The notes below the pieces were generated by a model. The model ran no database searches, was not told the origin of the DNA, and saw nothing but the letters and a program-made list of their open reading frames with translations. A stretch of 64,000 nucleotides of DNA from Laetmonice hystrix (Eukaryota): the NCBI GenBank assembly GCA_965235115.1, contig OZ249436.1:33790001-33854000 (forward strand). The letters are read 5' to 3'. The translations under genes were made by a program, and so were the position numbers. Within the stretch, counting starts at the first letter, position 1; each line of letters begins with the position of its first letter. Positions 22,840 through 36,200 of this stretch are shown in pieces.

Positions 22840-23715
22840 CTGACTTTTACATGTCAGTCTAGTTCTATGCTTTTTAGTACGAAAAGTATAATTTTCATGG
22901 TAGTTAACCTACACCAAAAAAAAGTCAAAGGCGGCTAACTCCTAAAAATTGTACTTGATGTTATAATTTAATGCGAATGGTAAAAAATCTGCAAGTCTGA
23001 CTTTTTAATGTCTATTTTACTATTGGCCAAGAATGTCAAGAGTCTGACCTTTTAGCGGTTAAAGGCAGGGTAACTACCCACGGCAAATAAGGTTTCGTAG
23101 ACCAAATGAAACGCCAGCATTTATCTCAGGGCAATAAATGACACAATTACATTGTCTAAATGAAGTAATTAACGTGTAACTGCCCGATGTGTGCCGCAAC
23201 TGGTTCTGCTTGTGTGTTCAACACCTCGGACGTTTACAAACGTTGGGACTCTAAACATCGTGTAGACAAGGTCTGTGAGCAGAGTAACACGTAATGTTAC
23301 GCAATACGCCGCGGTGTGCAGCATTTGGCTCGGATGAACACACAAGAAGGTCAAGGTAAGAACCAGCGGCGTCATACATCAAGCGGTTACACGTTAATTA
23401 CTTCATTCTGACAACATAATTGTGGCATTTATTGTCCTGAGTTAAATGCTGGTGTTTCATTTGGTCTATGAAACCTTATTTGCCGTGTGTTTTTACCCTG
23501 CCTTTAATAAACTGGAAAATTCTGAATTTTTAGTGGTCGCGAATTAAAAACCTGACTTTTTGGTATTCACTGTAAATATCTCTGACTTTTTACCAGTTAA
23601 GAACATAAAAAGTCTGACTTTTTGTCGGTCAAGAATGTCAAGAGTCTGACTTTTTAGCGGTTAATAAACGAAGATTCTGACGTTTTAGTGGTCATTAATT
23701 TAAAACCTGAATTTT
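22840..23715. repeat. Degenerate tandem array of TCTGACTTTT-containing units, interrupted by the 23063-23503 MITE
   Basis: Recurrent (A/G)GTCTGACTTTTT and AAACCTGA(C/A)TTTTT units. Confidence 0.7.
23063..23503. mobile_element. TTAA-flanked MITE with TIRs of about 125 bp (Kolobok-like AGG...CCT ends)
   Basis: TTAA|AGGCAGGGTAA...TTACCCTGCCT|TTAA; long imperfect inverted arms; an empty-site paralog occurs at 23627-23693. Confidence 0.9.
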
Positions 23716-23725
23716 TAATCATCAT

Positions 23726-23845
23726 CGGTGGAGTCAGCGCCGCGACGTTTGTTATGTCACAATCGTCATGCAGAGAACCTGGGGAAAGTCAGGCAATATT
23801 CGGAGTTGCCCCCTCCCCCACTTTTAAAAGAAACTGACGCCACTG
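23726..23845. mobile_element. Short MITE with CAGTGGCGTCAG-type TIR
   Basis: CGGTGGAGTCAG ... CTGACGCCACTG (10/12 match). Confidence 0.4.
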
Positions 23846-24494
23846 TATATCATTTGTCCGAGTTTGTTATGGGACGTAAAGGTACTTCGTTCACGTAACG
23901 TGTTTCATGCGACGGATTGTTCCGTGTATCATGGACTGTAAAACTTGTAAATATTTCTTATGGTTCAAATTAAACGGCCTGACTGTGGGTGACAAGTGAA
24001 AGGCCTACCACCTATCCCCGCTTTAGGCTCTATATCCCCCCCCCCTCGTTTTCATGCTACATGAAACATTTTCCCCAAAATATTGGCATGATCTCGATTA
24101 AAATTCTCACCAATAAAGCTACACAAGGTACACAAAATGCTGTCGGATAAATTCACGAGGCTTTAGTATACCTGCATGTTAGTGAATATTATAAGGATTC
24201 AGATTCGACCTTTTCAGATATAAGACAATATTATGCCCTATACTGCATAAATAGATGTGTGTGACTTTCCTTTTCATATTTATTTGGTGACTATGTCCTT
24301 AGCCTGCACTATTATTCACCCTCTATCGAATCACATACTTACTGTAAGTGTTATTTAAGCGGAATGGTTTCGAGTATTTTTCGCCCGCATGTCAAATGAA
24401 AAAGGTCAGAGTAAAGCACCATGTTCGTATACGAATCATAGAGCACATTACCAGATGTCTCGAGAAACTGATTTCCTACGATCTCGTCGTCAAC

Positions 24495-24752
24495 ATGGGT
24501 CGTCAGCAGCATCTCAGTGAAGGTCAACGAGGGATAATCGTGCAGCTTAGACATGGACGGATGAAGGCCCATTGGATCGCCAAGAGACTGGGAATTTCTG
24601 CTGACAACATATCCTGGGTTTGGCGAAGGTTTCAGGAGACAGAAGCCACTAGAAATCTCAGCCTGAAAGACATTGGAAAAGAGCAGTTCGGTGTGCTTCG
24701 ACGGCTGATTTCTGCTAGACCATTTGAATCTGTTGCTGCAATCGATCGCTAG
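24495..24752 (+). pseudogene. Tc1/mariner transposase N-terminal HTH relic
   Basis: MGRQQHLSEGQRGIIVQLRHGRMKAHWIAKRLGISADNISWVWRRFQETEA is a typical Tc1 paired-like HTH; truncated, with no DDE domain. Confidence 0.75.
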
Positions 24753-24882
24753 TGGAAACGAACAGATTCAGTGCGAAACATCCATGAAGACTAAAAGATA
24801 ATGCTGAGATATTAAGGAAATGATTAATGTCAGTATTGTTATCTTTTCTGCCATGGATCCAAAATAAATACACATACGTTAA

Positions 24883-25048
24883 TCTCCCACTTACCTGTCC
24901 TTTTCCCAAAGTGACCGAAAAGGTACTCCATTGGTCAGGGGTAACAACTGATAACAGAACAGCCGTATCAAAACCAGGTCATGACTGTGTCATTTTGAAA
25001 TTTGAAATTTTATGCGCCAGGGAATAGGACAGACAGGTAAGTGGGGGG
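24883..25048. mobile_element. piggyBac-like MITE (166 bp)
   Basis: TTAA flanks; TIR TCTCCCACTTACCTGTC / GACAGGTAAGTGGGGGG. Confidence 0.75.
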
Positions 25049-25544
25049 TTAAAGTATGAACAGAAGTGTACGTTGGGAATGGTGAACAACAGATTGAACT
25101 AAACTTTTGTCCAGTATTATGTAAATTATGGAAATATTAGGCCTATAACTTTATCTGTGCGTTAACGCGCGTGTAGAAAAGGCATGCGATCATCCTGTTT
25201 AAAGTAGGGTGTTTAGGCCATTTTTTCAAATGCATCTTTTCTAAACAAATGATACATCATCTGAAAGGTCTCATTGAGTGCATTCCAAATCTGTTTAAAT
25301 TTCTTCGATACCATGTCTCTATCTGAAGTTATGGACATTTTAAGTGTGAAAAAATGGGGCTTTCGTGGGACAATTCTCCCATAGGAATGAGGTTGAAAAC
25401 ATGGCACAAATTTGGCTTTTTTATGTCTAGCTTTTTGATGAAAAAGTAAATAACTTTGGATGTTTTGGGCCAATATTCTTAATCTTGGCCTTATTTTGCA
25501 GATCTAAGTCAGTAGTATAAGATAAGATGAAGAAAAAATTATGT

Positions 25545-25920
25545 CGGCCATTTTGGACGCCATTTTGAATTCAAAATGGCTGCCAGTTTTGAGTGTTTTT
25601 GACATTTTAATTAAGAATAAAATGCTTAAAATTACATTTCTTGCGATTTTCAAGGTAAAATGTACAAATACTAAGGTGGTTAATATGACGGCTCACTTCA
25701 GATTAAAAAAAACAATATGGCCGCCATTTGGCAGCCATATTGGAATCAATATGGCCGCCAAATCAGAAAATTGTCATATATGGCCTGAATCCAGCAAATA
25801 CCATACATTTACTTATTCCATTCTCTCCTATTTGTTGCAGTCTTTACTGTAACATATATTTGAGTCCCATAACCAAGACGGCCGCCATATTAGACGCCAT
25901 ATTGGAATCAAGGTGGCCGA
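25545..25920. repeat. Cluster of GCCAT(T/A)TT / AA(T/A)ATGGC motifs, probably a DNA-transposon subterminal region
   Basis: At least 8 copies in both orientations; a similar cluster occurs at 9130-9295. Confidence 0.5.
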
Positions 25921-25994
25921 CAAATCAAGAAAAATAAAAAATTAAAAAAAACCTATATTGCCTACTAGTTTTTAATACTACTACCTAACTCCCT

Positions 25995-26115
25995 GCAGAC
26001 CTGTATGACTCCCCCCCTCCACCCTCCCCCCCCCCTCCACCCTCCCCCCCCCCACCCCCGACCCCCCGACCCCCCCCCTTCCTCCCGCACATAACAACCC
26101 AACCCCCACTCCCAG
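25995..26115. repeat. C-rich low-complexity tract
   Basis: Runs of C with CCACCCT/CCGA interruptions; G-quadruplex-capable on the minus strand. Confidence 0.8.
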
Positions 26116-27032
26116 CCATGGCATGGCAACGGCTTTTCCGTTTCGTTTTCCGCTGAGATGTGAGCTGAGCAGCATTTTACTGTTCATGTGACAGTGCTCA
26201 CCGTGAGCAGTAGACTCTACATCGGCTGTGATGGGGTTTTTTTGTTTACCCTGAGCACACAAGCTCACATCAGCACTTGCTCACGATGAGCAAGACACCG
26301 TAACTATGGAGATATGACGGGACAGTTTACTGTCATCACTCAGATACGGTGACGTCACAATACGGAGAGCGTACAGCCAGGCAGCCCGGCTATGCTCTGC
26401 ACTGACTACAGCGGCGGCGGCTGTCAGCACCCCAAACCCAAATTTTTCAAATGCGATTTTCATTCAATGTTACTAATCACACACTCCCTAAAGGACTACC
26501 AAATGAAAGAGAACACCCTACTCTACTAAGATCCGTTTGTAACTAAATTTCAGCTATTATCAATATAGTGACTATAATCAGAAGAACTACAAAAAACGGC
26601 ATAAAACCGTTGTTTATTGACCTACCGTTTAGTTACAAACGGCTCCTGATAGCTGAAGTCATTTCCTATTGGCTAAAATAGGTCTCATGATCCAATTGTG
26701 CGTAACATTGAATGAAAAATTGCGTCATAATAAGGCCTATTTTCCGACAAGGCCAAAAACGTTCGGACGTTTTCACCGCTGAGAGCCCGGCACGATTTTT
26801 TGTGCAGTCGGCCGCTTCAACCAGCCGGTGCGCCGCAACCCCTCACGGTACAGCATAGTGATTATAACCATCAGAATCCTCAGATTCTCCTCTTTCTGAT
26901 GATGATAGATTTATAATAGTTTGACCAGAATTAGACCTTCTGTTGGGAGGATTTCTACAGCGCTACAGCCCGCGGCGGCTGTGACACCGTTTGTCCCACT
27001 GCATTGGAACGTCACATAAACTCCCTATTTAA

Positions 27033-27703
27033 AGGGAGTATCTCACGAATTTCAAGTCATTGGACCTATACATGTACGTGGCGTTTAACCAAAAAATATT
27101 TTTTTAAATGGTTGCATTGCGGTTCTCCGATATGTTCCAAATCTCCCCTACCTTTCTATGTGGACATTGACGAGTATTCTGTAAAATAAATGCTAAATGT
27201 CGGCAAGTCTTATTTCAGTCACAGAAAACGACCTACTTGGCTTCCGAGACCGCGGGAGTTGTTTTCCATATTCCTTAGCACACGGTTATGCAAATATGAT
27301 CTGTACAAATTAGAAGCCCTTCAGTCAGTATTCGCAATAAAAATGTTCGATTTGTACTAGCGAAAATAGATTTTAAATATTGCCAGCATTATTCTCGGGG
27401 ATATCACGGATACTATTTTTTCACGAATTCTTGAACTACATTCGTTGCGGACTGTTACCAAAGGTGTGCTCGACACCACAGCAACACAACGTTCAATAGA
27501 TTGGTGACAGGCCAAAACGATGGCATTCATCGTGTTTGTGTGCACTTGGCCTAGTTTTTGTAATTTTTCCACCATCAGGGATAGCCTAATTTCACAGCTG
27601 TTCACTCATAAAGACGCTCTAGATATACATAGAAAAATGTACGCGATTTGAGGCGGGTGATCTCTGCTTAGTAATAAGTTTTAACCAGGTTGACATGATT
27701 CCT
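27033..27703. mobile_element. Kolobok-like TTAA MITE A
   Basis: TTAA|AGGGAG...ATTCCT|TTAA; the left subterminal region is homologous to the right end of 27758-28288. Confidence 0.6.
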
Positions 27704-27757
27704 TTAATAGCAAGCTACAGATCCATCAATCAAACCAACCAATATCAGTGCTTTTAA

Positions 27758-28288
27758 AGGAAATATGTCACGGGGGTATCGACCGAAATCTTCAGTTTTC
27801 TGCTTACCTGCTCACCACTGACGTACTTTATGGCACTGATTGTTTTTCGTATTGATTCTGTTACCACATACTACGAGTAGACAGCTGTGAAATTCTCCCT
27901 AATGTAGAAAAATGAATCAAACTAGCTGCAGTGTCAGCAAAGTGCGATGAATCTGCCATTTTGGCTGCCGCGAATCGTTTGAACGGGTCCCATGATCACG
28001 TGACTCTCGCTGTGATTACTCGAGATGTAAACACGGGACTAGAACGGCCCATCTGCCGATCGTGTGAAAAAGGTGCAAAACACAGCCGGTTGCAAATCCC
28101 GGGGTCTCGGAATCTAAGTGTGTCATTTTCAGTGACCGCATTAAGAATTGGCGGATTTTTTTTATACAAAATACCGGCCAAAGCTACATAAACAGGTAGG
28201 GGACCTTTGGGGCATATCGGAGAACCGCAATGCAGACATATTTTTGCTGAAAGACGACGTATTATTTGAAATTCCTGACATATTACCT
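27758..28288. mobile_element. Kolobok-like TTAA MITE B
   Basis: TTAA|AGGAAATATGTCA...TGACATATTACCT|TTAA. Confidence 0.8.
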
Positions 28289-31200
28289 TTAATCCAGTCA
28301 TAGGATTTATACGATAGGCCCCTATTCCAAGTCCCAGAATAAACTTATCTCAGGCACCCCCACACACACGCAAAACACCACTGCTGTGTACGATACCGGC
28401 AATAGGTAACAATAATGACCCCACTGAAGAAACTACAAAAGTCGCTCTGGATTCTCCAATATCATTGTTTATTCTTAGAAGGTGGTGACAACGCATCCCT
28501 CGGAAATTACGAGGACTACAGGTTTCAGAATGTGTACATAGTATTGGCTTTAAAAACAAAAATAAATACGATGGCAAAATTTAATGAAGAATTGTTCTCA
28601 AGTTAACAAAACATTTAATAATTAAAATGACAAGATTACAATGAGATGTCGCCGTTACAACGACAAAGTTCCCATCGAAGTACACTTCCACGGCTTTTGT
28701 TATGACAAGATATATGTTAACATACACCGTACCTCCCCTAGCGGTCTGTTTTTTTTTTGTATGACTTTCTGTTGTTCCTAAGCTTTCGTTGTTAAACTCC
28801 CCAGTCAAAATGCATTAGAAGCACTTAAAACGGAAAGCTCCCCGGACCTGTCCCAGACGCCCGTACATAGGCCAAACCGCCAAAGTTTTATTAACACCAT
28901 TCTATGATCTTAAAAAAAACACGTCAAAAATATCAGGCCACTGCCTGCTAACGTTCACACTGCTTTACGTGAATTTCCGGTTACTATCGTCAATTATACT
29001 AGACTAAAATATTTCCGTTTATGATCAATTACCAACCCTTGGACAACAGACGACGGGCTGGTCGATTTGTGTTGTCATGTAGATCTATGTACGCCTACAC
29101 ACGCTCGTACCAACAACTGCAGACCTTTTTTACCAGGTGAACCGTAGCGCTTTACGGCAGGCGAACCGGCCAATGTAACCTTCTCCGGATTGGCTTAACT
29201 CCGTCTGGTTCAACCACATTGGCCTATCCCCCCCCCCCCCCACACACACACACAAATAGCTCCGTACAGAAGAAGAAACCGAGTTTCTTCAACGTAGAAA
29301 AACCGACAAATCAACAACAAAAAATAACCATCAGCTTTGAATTTCTTTCATTTGATTTTGTCTATTTTTCTCCAGCTATAACTACACCATATTGTCAATT
29401 CCAAGACTTTAAACGTTACAAGAACATGTCATGACAAAAGTAGCTGCCTCAGGCCTGCCAACTACATGCTGTATCAGAAAATAGTAAAAATGTCAAAAAA
29501 TGTATGTAAAAGACCTTCAATTCCAATCTTCTTAAAATTCCATTTCCAAATACATCTTTTACCCACGCTTTACTCACGTTCACACTTAATAAGTGTCCCG
29601 TCAGTTTCCAACAAAGTTTGTTCTATTCTCACAAAATTTTGCATGGTATTTTTCTGTACAAAATCATAGGCACTACTTTTTCCGCTTTCTTTTCGAAGTG
29701 GTTGGCAGGTCTGCTACTGCGTGAAATCTGAAGAACCCTTTACAGGGCTTTATGTATAACCTGGTTTCGAAATTATTCCGGGAAGTAATTTCTGCCGGCT
29801 CATAACTAGACACACGACATTATGACACTGTTCAAGTAATACACGAATCGACAGAAGGTAAAGACCAAACCGAATAAATCTAGACGCTCAGCATGTACCT
29901 TCATTAAGTAAACTTGCCCAAGTGGATTTTGTACAACCCTATCAACAACCTCATGTTCTCTATCAATATTCCCAAAGACGCTAAGGAACATAAAATTCAC
30001 AAGCGTTGTAAACTTTGTTCCACTTGGCCGAATTTAGGAAATGACGGAATTTGTAGTGCTTCATTGGTCTAGAAAGGGACATCGAGTACACACGACTGCA
30101 AAAATGTTGAAATACATTAGACTTTGAGCTTTCACGGATTTCTACTTCTAGGTCGTAAACCTGACCACATTGCACTAGCAGGCCGACGTCAATTAACAAT
30201 ACCATCAACGAAAGTTTAGAAGTGTGCTAACATTACACAAGGCGCATTAACAGACACCAAATTACTCACGGCAGGACATATGGTCGTGTGGAAGTCATTT
30301 ACAATAAAAGAAACCAAGCCAGACAAGCATTAAAAAAACTTCCTATATGATCTGCAAAGATCCAATATTTATCTCCTTATCACAAATCAGAATCGCTGAC
30401 ATGAGATTTTTTTATTTAGGTAATCTGTTGACCAAAGGGATCACATGGAATATGATCGGCTCCTGGACCGAAGCAGAATAAACACGTACACTATAAAGAC
30501 CTTTCCTTGAGGCCTGGTCATCCAGGGTATGTCCCTCTTCGTGTCATTTCCACACTACAATGTCCCGTACAATGGGACAGCGCCCACCATTGTATCGGTT
30601 CGCACCAAGTGTTTACTCCCCGTACCTCCGGAGATAGACGTTATACTGAGGCCGACAGTAGGCGTTATCACGTTACTTAAAATCCTCTGTCTACATCCTG
30701 TCATTCTCCAACTTTATATAAATTACATTTTTCTGACAGGAAACACCAAGCACACAACCATGGTATGTCCACATGTCCCGTAGTTTTATTTGTATTCTCA
30801 ATAGACTAATTGTGGTTTATATCAGAACTTCCTTATTATTTTTATTTGCTTTCTTCTGTGTGCGTGAAATTTTTAACAGCCTAAAACGATTGCATTTTTC
30901 ATTTTGAATCTTGGTTACAGAATTATTGCATGAAAATCTTATGCAAGACGAGGGCGTCGATCACTTTATCGTATATAGGTATCGACGTTTTACGGTAATG
31001 ACTTCAGGCCTAACGTTATGCTCATCATCTTCGTCAAAGTTTCTCATGACAAACCTGAATCTTACACACATACCTTAACCTTGCTCTACTTGCAAGTAGA
31101 TGGTTGCAGTGGTTATTTAGGAGAAAGACATCTGAGAACTTTACGGTATAAAAGTATCAACCAAAACACACAGTTTCAGACCACCGCTGCCCTTCAGGCC

Positions 31201-33230
31201 TTCTATGTTCTTCTATGTTTATAAAGTTAGCTGAATGGATCTATGTACGATATCACAAACATTTGGATATCACATTCTGACATAATCACATTCCTATAAC
31301 AGTCTCTCCTCGTCGCTTACCCTTTGCAAAAGTGTATCAGTGCGACTTCGACATCAGTCTCTTTTGAATTACCAACAATGTGCAAGAACGGTTAGTACAT
31401 CACTTTATAACTGGGCCAAACGACATCTTTCCATACTCCCAATAGTTAAATCCAAGAAACGGTAAGAAAATCAGCCGCACTGGAAAAAGTTCAATGGTTT
31501 TCGTGAACTGGTGACGAAGCCAACTCACTGGTACCTGAAATGAACCCTATAATCGTTGATGCCTACACATCTTCCGATTTCAACTGTTTTTTAATGCGTT
31601 TGGCGTCCAGTTTTTATTGTTGGCACTGAGTGTCACACTCCGTCTGTCGGCCTTCCGTAATGATACTAGTCTCTGTCAGGCCCTCCATTATAATACTAAG
31701 GTCTATCACAGTGGCTCACCAAAGGGATAGGCCAAAGTTGATATGACTCCCATTTTGTAAATGGGACAAGGACTTACAGACCCTTCACCTCATTATGGCC
31801 CCTGATATAACAGGTAGATCTCTGTAAGTTATTTTACCCAGTCTCTGTCCCTTGAGGTGGTCGAGGCCAAAGTCCAGGGACAGAGGGTCTAGCCTCCCAT
31901 AAGCTGAGATTTCCGATGGTATTTAGTACATTCAGATCAATAAATGTATCTAAAATCTTCCTCTTTAAGACACTTTATATATACCGGGTAAGCAATAAAC
32001 TCGTTGAATTCGTAAAAAAAATCAAACTTTTTCACAATCGTATTTATCGTTCTCAGCACCTTCCGTATGACGGAATTCGTCTAGAGACAGAGATTTAACA
32101 CCCATGAGTTTAATATCGTCCCTAAACCATTCAAATAAAACATTCCCCCTCCCCTGGCAAAACTTTATCTTTGATACGATCTTTTTATTTAACTATCTCA
32201 TGGCTAACACGAGATCCAATACCCGCATTCTTTCACAGATCTCCAAGCACCAAATCAACTTGATCTTACCCCCAAGGAACGATATCTAATTCTGAAGGAA
32301 TCTCCCTTCTGGATACTGAAAACGTATAATACGTTTCACAACTAAGGACACCATATACCTGAATGTAATGGTATAAAGTACCATGAAAGTTTAAAATGTC
32401 TTGTAAATTCTCACTTGCCTTCGCCTACCCGATGAAGGCATGAGCGACTGATGGTACCATGTACAGTGCCTATGACTTATCTTTTCCCAAGTCATGACTC
32501 ATATAATATTTATAGTAATGATCGTCCTGCGTCCCCGTCTTCAAAACTTCTGACTTAAAGCAAAATTAGCATCTTATATGAAAATAAAGTTTGTCACTCT
32601 GAATTTATTGAACAGTTATTCCGGGGACTTCATAGATATACGTAGAAATTGCCTTAAAGTTATTTGAACTTTACCAAAGGTCAAAAAGGGGGACATCCCG
32701 TCCTAAACCAGTGCGTCTGGACGGCACCACTAGTTTTTGAGGCGGAATCTGAGGCAATGTCCCGACATAAACTTTGATTTTCATGCGTTTTGACCATTGC
32801 AACCAGTTGTGCGTCTTTTTTACCACCAAATAGCACCTCTGCGTCCATTTCTACATAAAAACTCGAATCTTCATAAAAATAAAACTTCATGCTTTGTGTA
32901 CACTCAATAAACCAATTTATGTCTTCAAAACCAAACTCTTTAACCATTTTAGAATTTTCTTTGGTTGCTTCCATGTTCTGACCCATTTTCTTCGGATGAA
33001 ATGTTGCACTCTTTTTTTGTTGTGTCGCCCCTACTTATAAAATTTACATAATATAAAATAAATCTATCCACCCGATTGAACAGAACAAAAGGTATGGTAA
33101 TATTAAAAATCCCCCTGGGATGGGCGAGTTTTCTTCCATGGTAGGTACCCCGACCTACAGACGAAACACCTCATCAGATTTTTAAGCTGCTGATAAAAAA
33201 ATTTGTCAGCTGATACCAATGTCCATCCTG

Positions 33231-33298
33231 GGCCCAGTTCCCCAAAATCTTGCTTTAAAAGCGTAAGGCTTCAGAAGCATTAAGCTGGGAACTGGGTC
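33231..33298. mobile_element. Tiny Harbinger-like MITE with CTG TSD
   Basis: CTG|GGCCCAGTTCCC...GGGAACTGGGTC|CTG; related in sequence to 43122-43264. Confidence 0.6.
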
Positions 33299-36200
33299 CT
33301 GGTCATTTAGAAACAGACCTCCCCTTCAGGGCGCCTCAAAACGCTTCCATACCCGCGTAGCGTTCCGGGGTTAATATAGAGACAAATTGACTTTAAATAA
33401 ATTATATTAAAACATACACAAATACACATAACATTGAACTTTTTAAAAAATCATTTCACATTTCACAAAAACCTACATCGCATTTTTCAATGACCCACCC
33501 TCTTTCTCAACACACAAAAACGGAGTCCCAGTCCTAATAACCAAACTTCTTAATTTGTTCCACATTTTTCTCCAAGCACCTTTGAGGGGGGCAAGCGGCC
33601 GCTACACGATGTAACTTGATGTCCTGTCCACGGAAACCGTGTACAGAGTAATTAATGGTTCAGTCCGTAATTACTCCGGGACTCCACATACCTCTGCTAC
33701 ATCACTACCCTCCCAACACAGCAATACCTCACCCAATCTATGCTCACCAAGCCCATGTGGGCGTTCGCGGGGCGTATTTCCTTCCGCGTTTAGACTCATC
33801 CAGGGCGGGGCGGGGTGAGAGGACTGGGTGATTAACCGCCAACTTTAAAAGAACCTGGGCGGTTTCCTACGGGGCCACACAGTCATGTGTGAATAGTGTT
33901 TTCATGTTAATAGTTGCTGCTCACAATTACTGTTGAGGTTACGCCAAGAGGTCCTGCCCACATACACACCAAACCACATGGATAGCTTGGAATCACATGA
34001 CGGCAAATCTAGAATGTGAACGTCTTGATTTACCATTAGGCTAGGCTTTAACTATTCCAACACTATTCTACCAAGTTCTATCCAGTTAGAACACATCTTT
34101 TAACGGAATGCTTCTCCTTTTCTTCGCATGTTCATACTTTGTACCCCCATACACACGATCAAAGAGAACATGTTTAACACAAACTTTGGTACAAACGCTG
34201 TAATGTTTCACCGAGACCATGACACACTCTTCCTTGGCTTGTTTCCGTTTAAACCCTTGTCTATAAAAAAAACCAGACAGGAAATCGTCCTTTTAAAGAG
34301 GACTTTACAACCGTGACTTTTACTCAATATACCGAACTCTCTGACCAACCTTTGAGACAAACGACACAGATTCCAGGCTAACCAACCCTGGTTAAAACGT
34401 GCACACACCAAACTGGTCAGTTCACACCCATCCTTTACAATATAACAGTACACATCAACATTCATTTCATTACTGTTGAAGGGACCACGACTCTTGTCCC
34501 ATACAAATCAGTCATCATAAGTCTATCGTTGGGTTTCACCACTGCACCCTCTCAAGATAACTAGACCCAATAACTCAGTCATACACATTGCCAGTATATT
34601 TACTAACCTAATTCCACTATTTACACAACCGCTACAAAAGTTTCAATCAATCCCTATCATAGTCAATCATTCTGAAAGAAAGAAAAACAACTTTGTACAA
34701 AACCGATGTCATTGCCACTGGCCGTACCACTACTGTTCTGTAGTCAAGTTCATATACACCCCATAGAAAACACTTGACTTCAATCTGTGCTTACACATTC
34801 TATATACAATAGTAATTACACGGGCACCCTTCCACCTCGGCCCGTGACACTGTTTCTCGTGCCTGTATCGTATGTACAAGTTGGATTGCTCAGTCAAACT
34901 CAAGAACCTTACCACCTAGGCCTGGTCGAGCCCCACCTTGTGTGAGATCTTCCCTTTCTGTGGGCGTCACACTATTACCTTACACCACACCCTACATTGT
35001 TGGCTTGTCCTTGTGGCCATGTCTGGCTCTACTGTGTATGTTAGATCCCATACTTCCCCTAATTATTCCCTCAGATTAATATTTCAAATTAACATGTCTT
35101 TTATAGTAACTGTCTGCACATAAAAGTATATTTTGGTTGTTTAAAAAAACAAAGGTGTATTGTTATGGTTTACCGTACTAAAAATGGTTTCATTTAAACA
35201 GTTCTACAATACAGATTGAAGGTTTTACACAACATCTGAAGAATTTACATGCACAAACCTGTATAAACCATTTCATAAATGGAGCACCTTTGCTGAATTT
35301 GGGCAGCAATTTCTTCCAATATCTAACAGAGCAAATGGAATCCACTGACTAGGACGAACATTCAACAGATTCGGTGCATTGCAGACAACCAGCCATTCAC
35401 CATCTAACCCGTTTTACGACACCACAAATGCAACAGTTGCTACCCACTTCCCAAACTGTAAATTTATTGTAATCGATTTTTTTCACATCCCCGGGAATGC
35501 CCTCTTTACGGCAGCATTTGATACAGAAATAAGTTGTGGCAAGATTATGTAAGGCTATCTGATTTCATGCATATATCGAAGTTGACAGATAAACCATGTC
35601 ACAAGCCCCGAAAAAACAATTTCAACTCAGCAAGGCAGCTACTTAAATATTTAATATGGCTCGATGATCATTACATTTAATTACGAGAATAGTTCTTGTG
35701 ATAGTATAATTTTAAATGTCGTTCCGCCACTTTTACGCTAATGACACCTCAACCTCAAACGGTACTCAGGTGACTACCACAACTTATCTTGTTCAAAAAC
35801 AGTTCTTTTTCCTTCGTAAAGGCTTCCACTGAATTTAAAATGGTGCACAAAGAGCACCTTTTTTGGTTCCCCTTTTAGCAGTAGCTGTTACTTCATGTAC
35901 AAAATATATACATATGTACTAAAATTGCTCTTCATTTCTCATATGCATGCTGACGAAAGAACACAACTGTCCTAAATCTGTGTAAAAAAAGGAAGCAAAA
36001 CAAGTTTTCGAAGGGCATAATAATCCATAAGCCTAACTGAGCCAACCTAGCAGAAAACCTCTTGCCGATTTAGCGACATATAGATACTTTGATGTTCCAA
36101 TTCCCCGGACACTTTGATCTCCCCCTGTACATGTACTACGTTGTACAGTTGTACTTGTCCTAAGTAACGTTGTACTTGTTCTAAGTGTATCGAGTCCCTG

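Noticed and set aside
32681-32986. L1-type RT fragment (EFGFEDINWFI...RTGCPP)
   Set aside because: Motif spacing is inconsistent with L1 RT and no flanking RT motifs were found; left unassigned, like most of the 28.3-42 kb decayed sequence.
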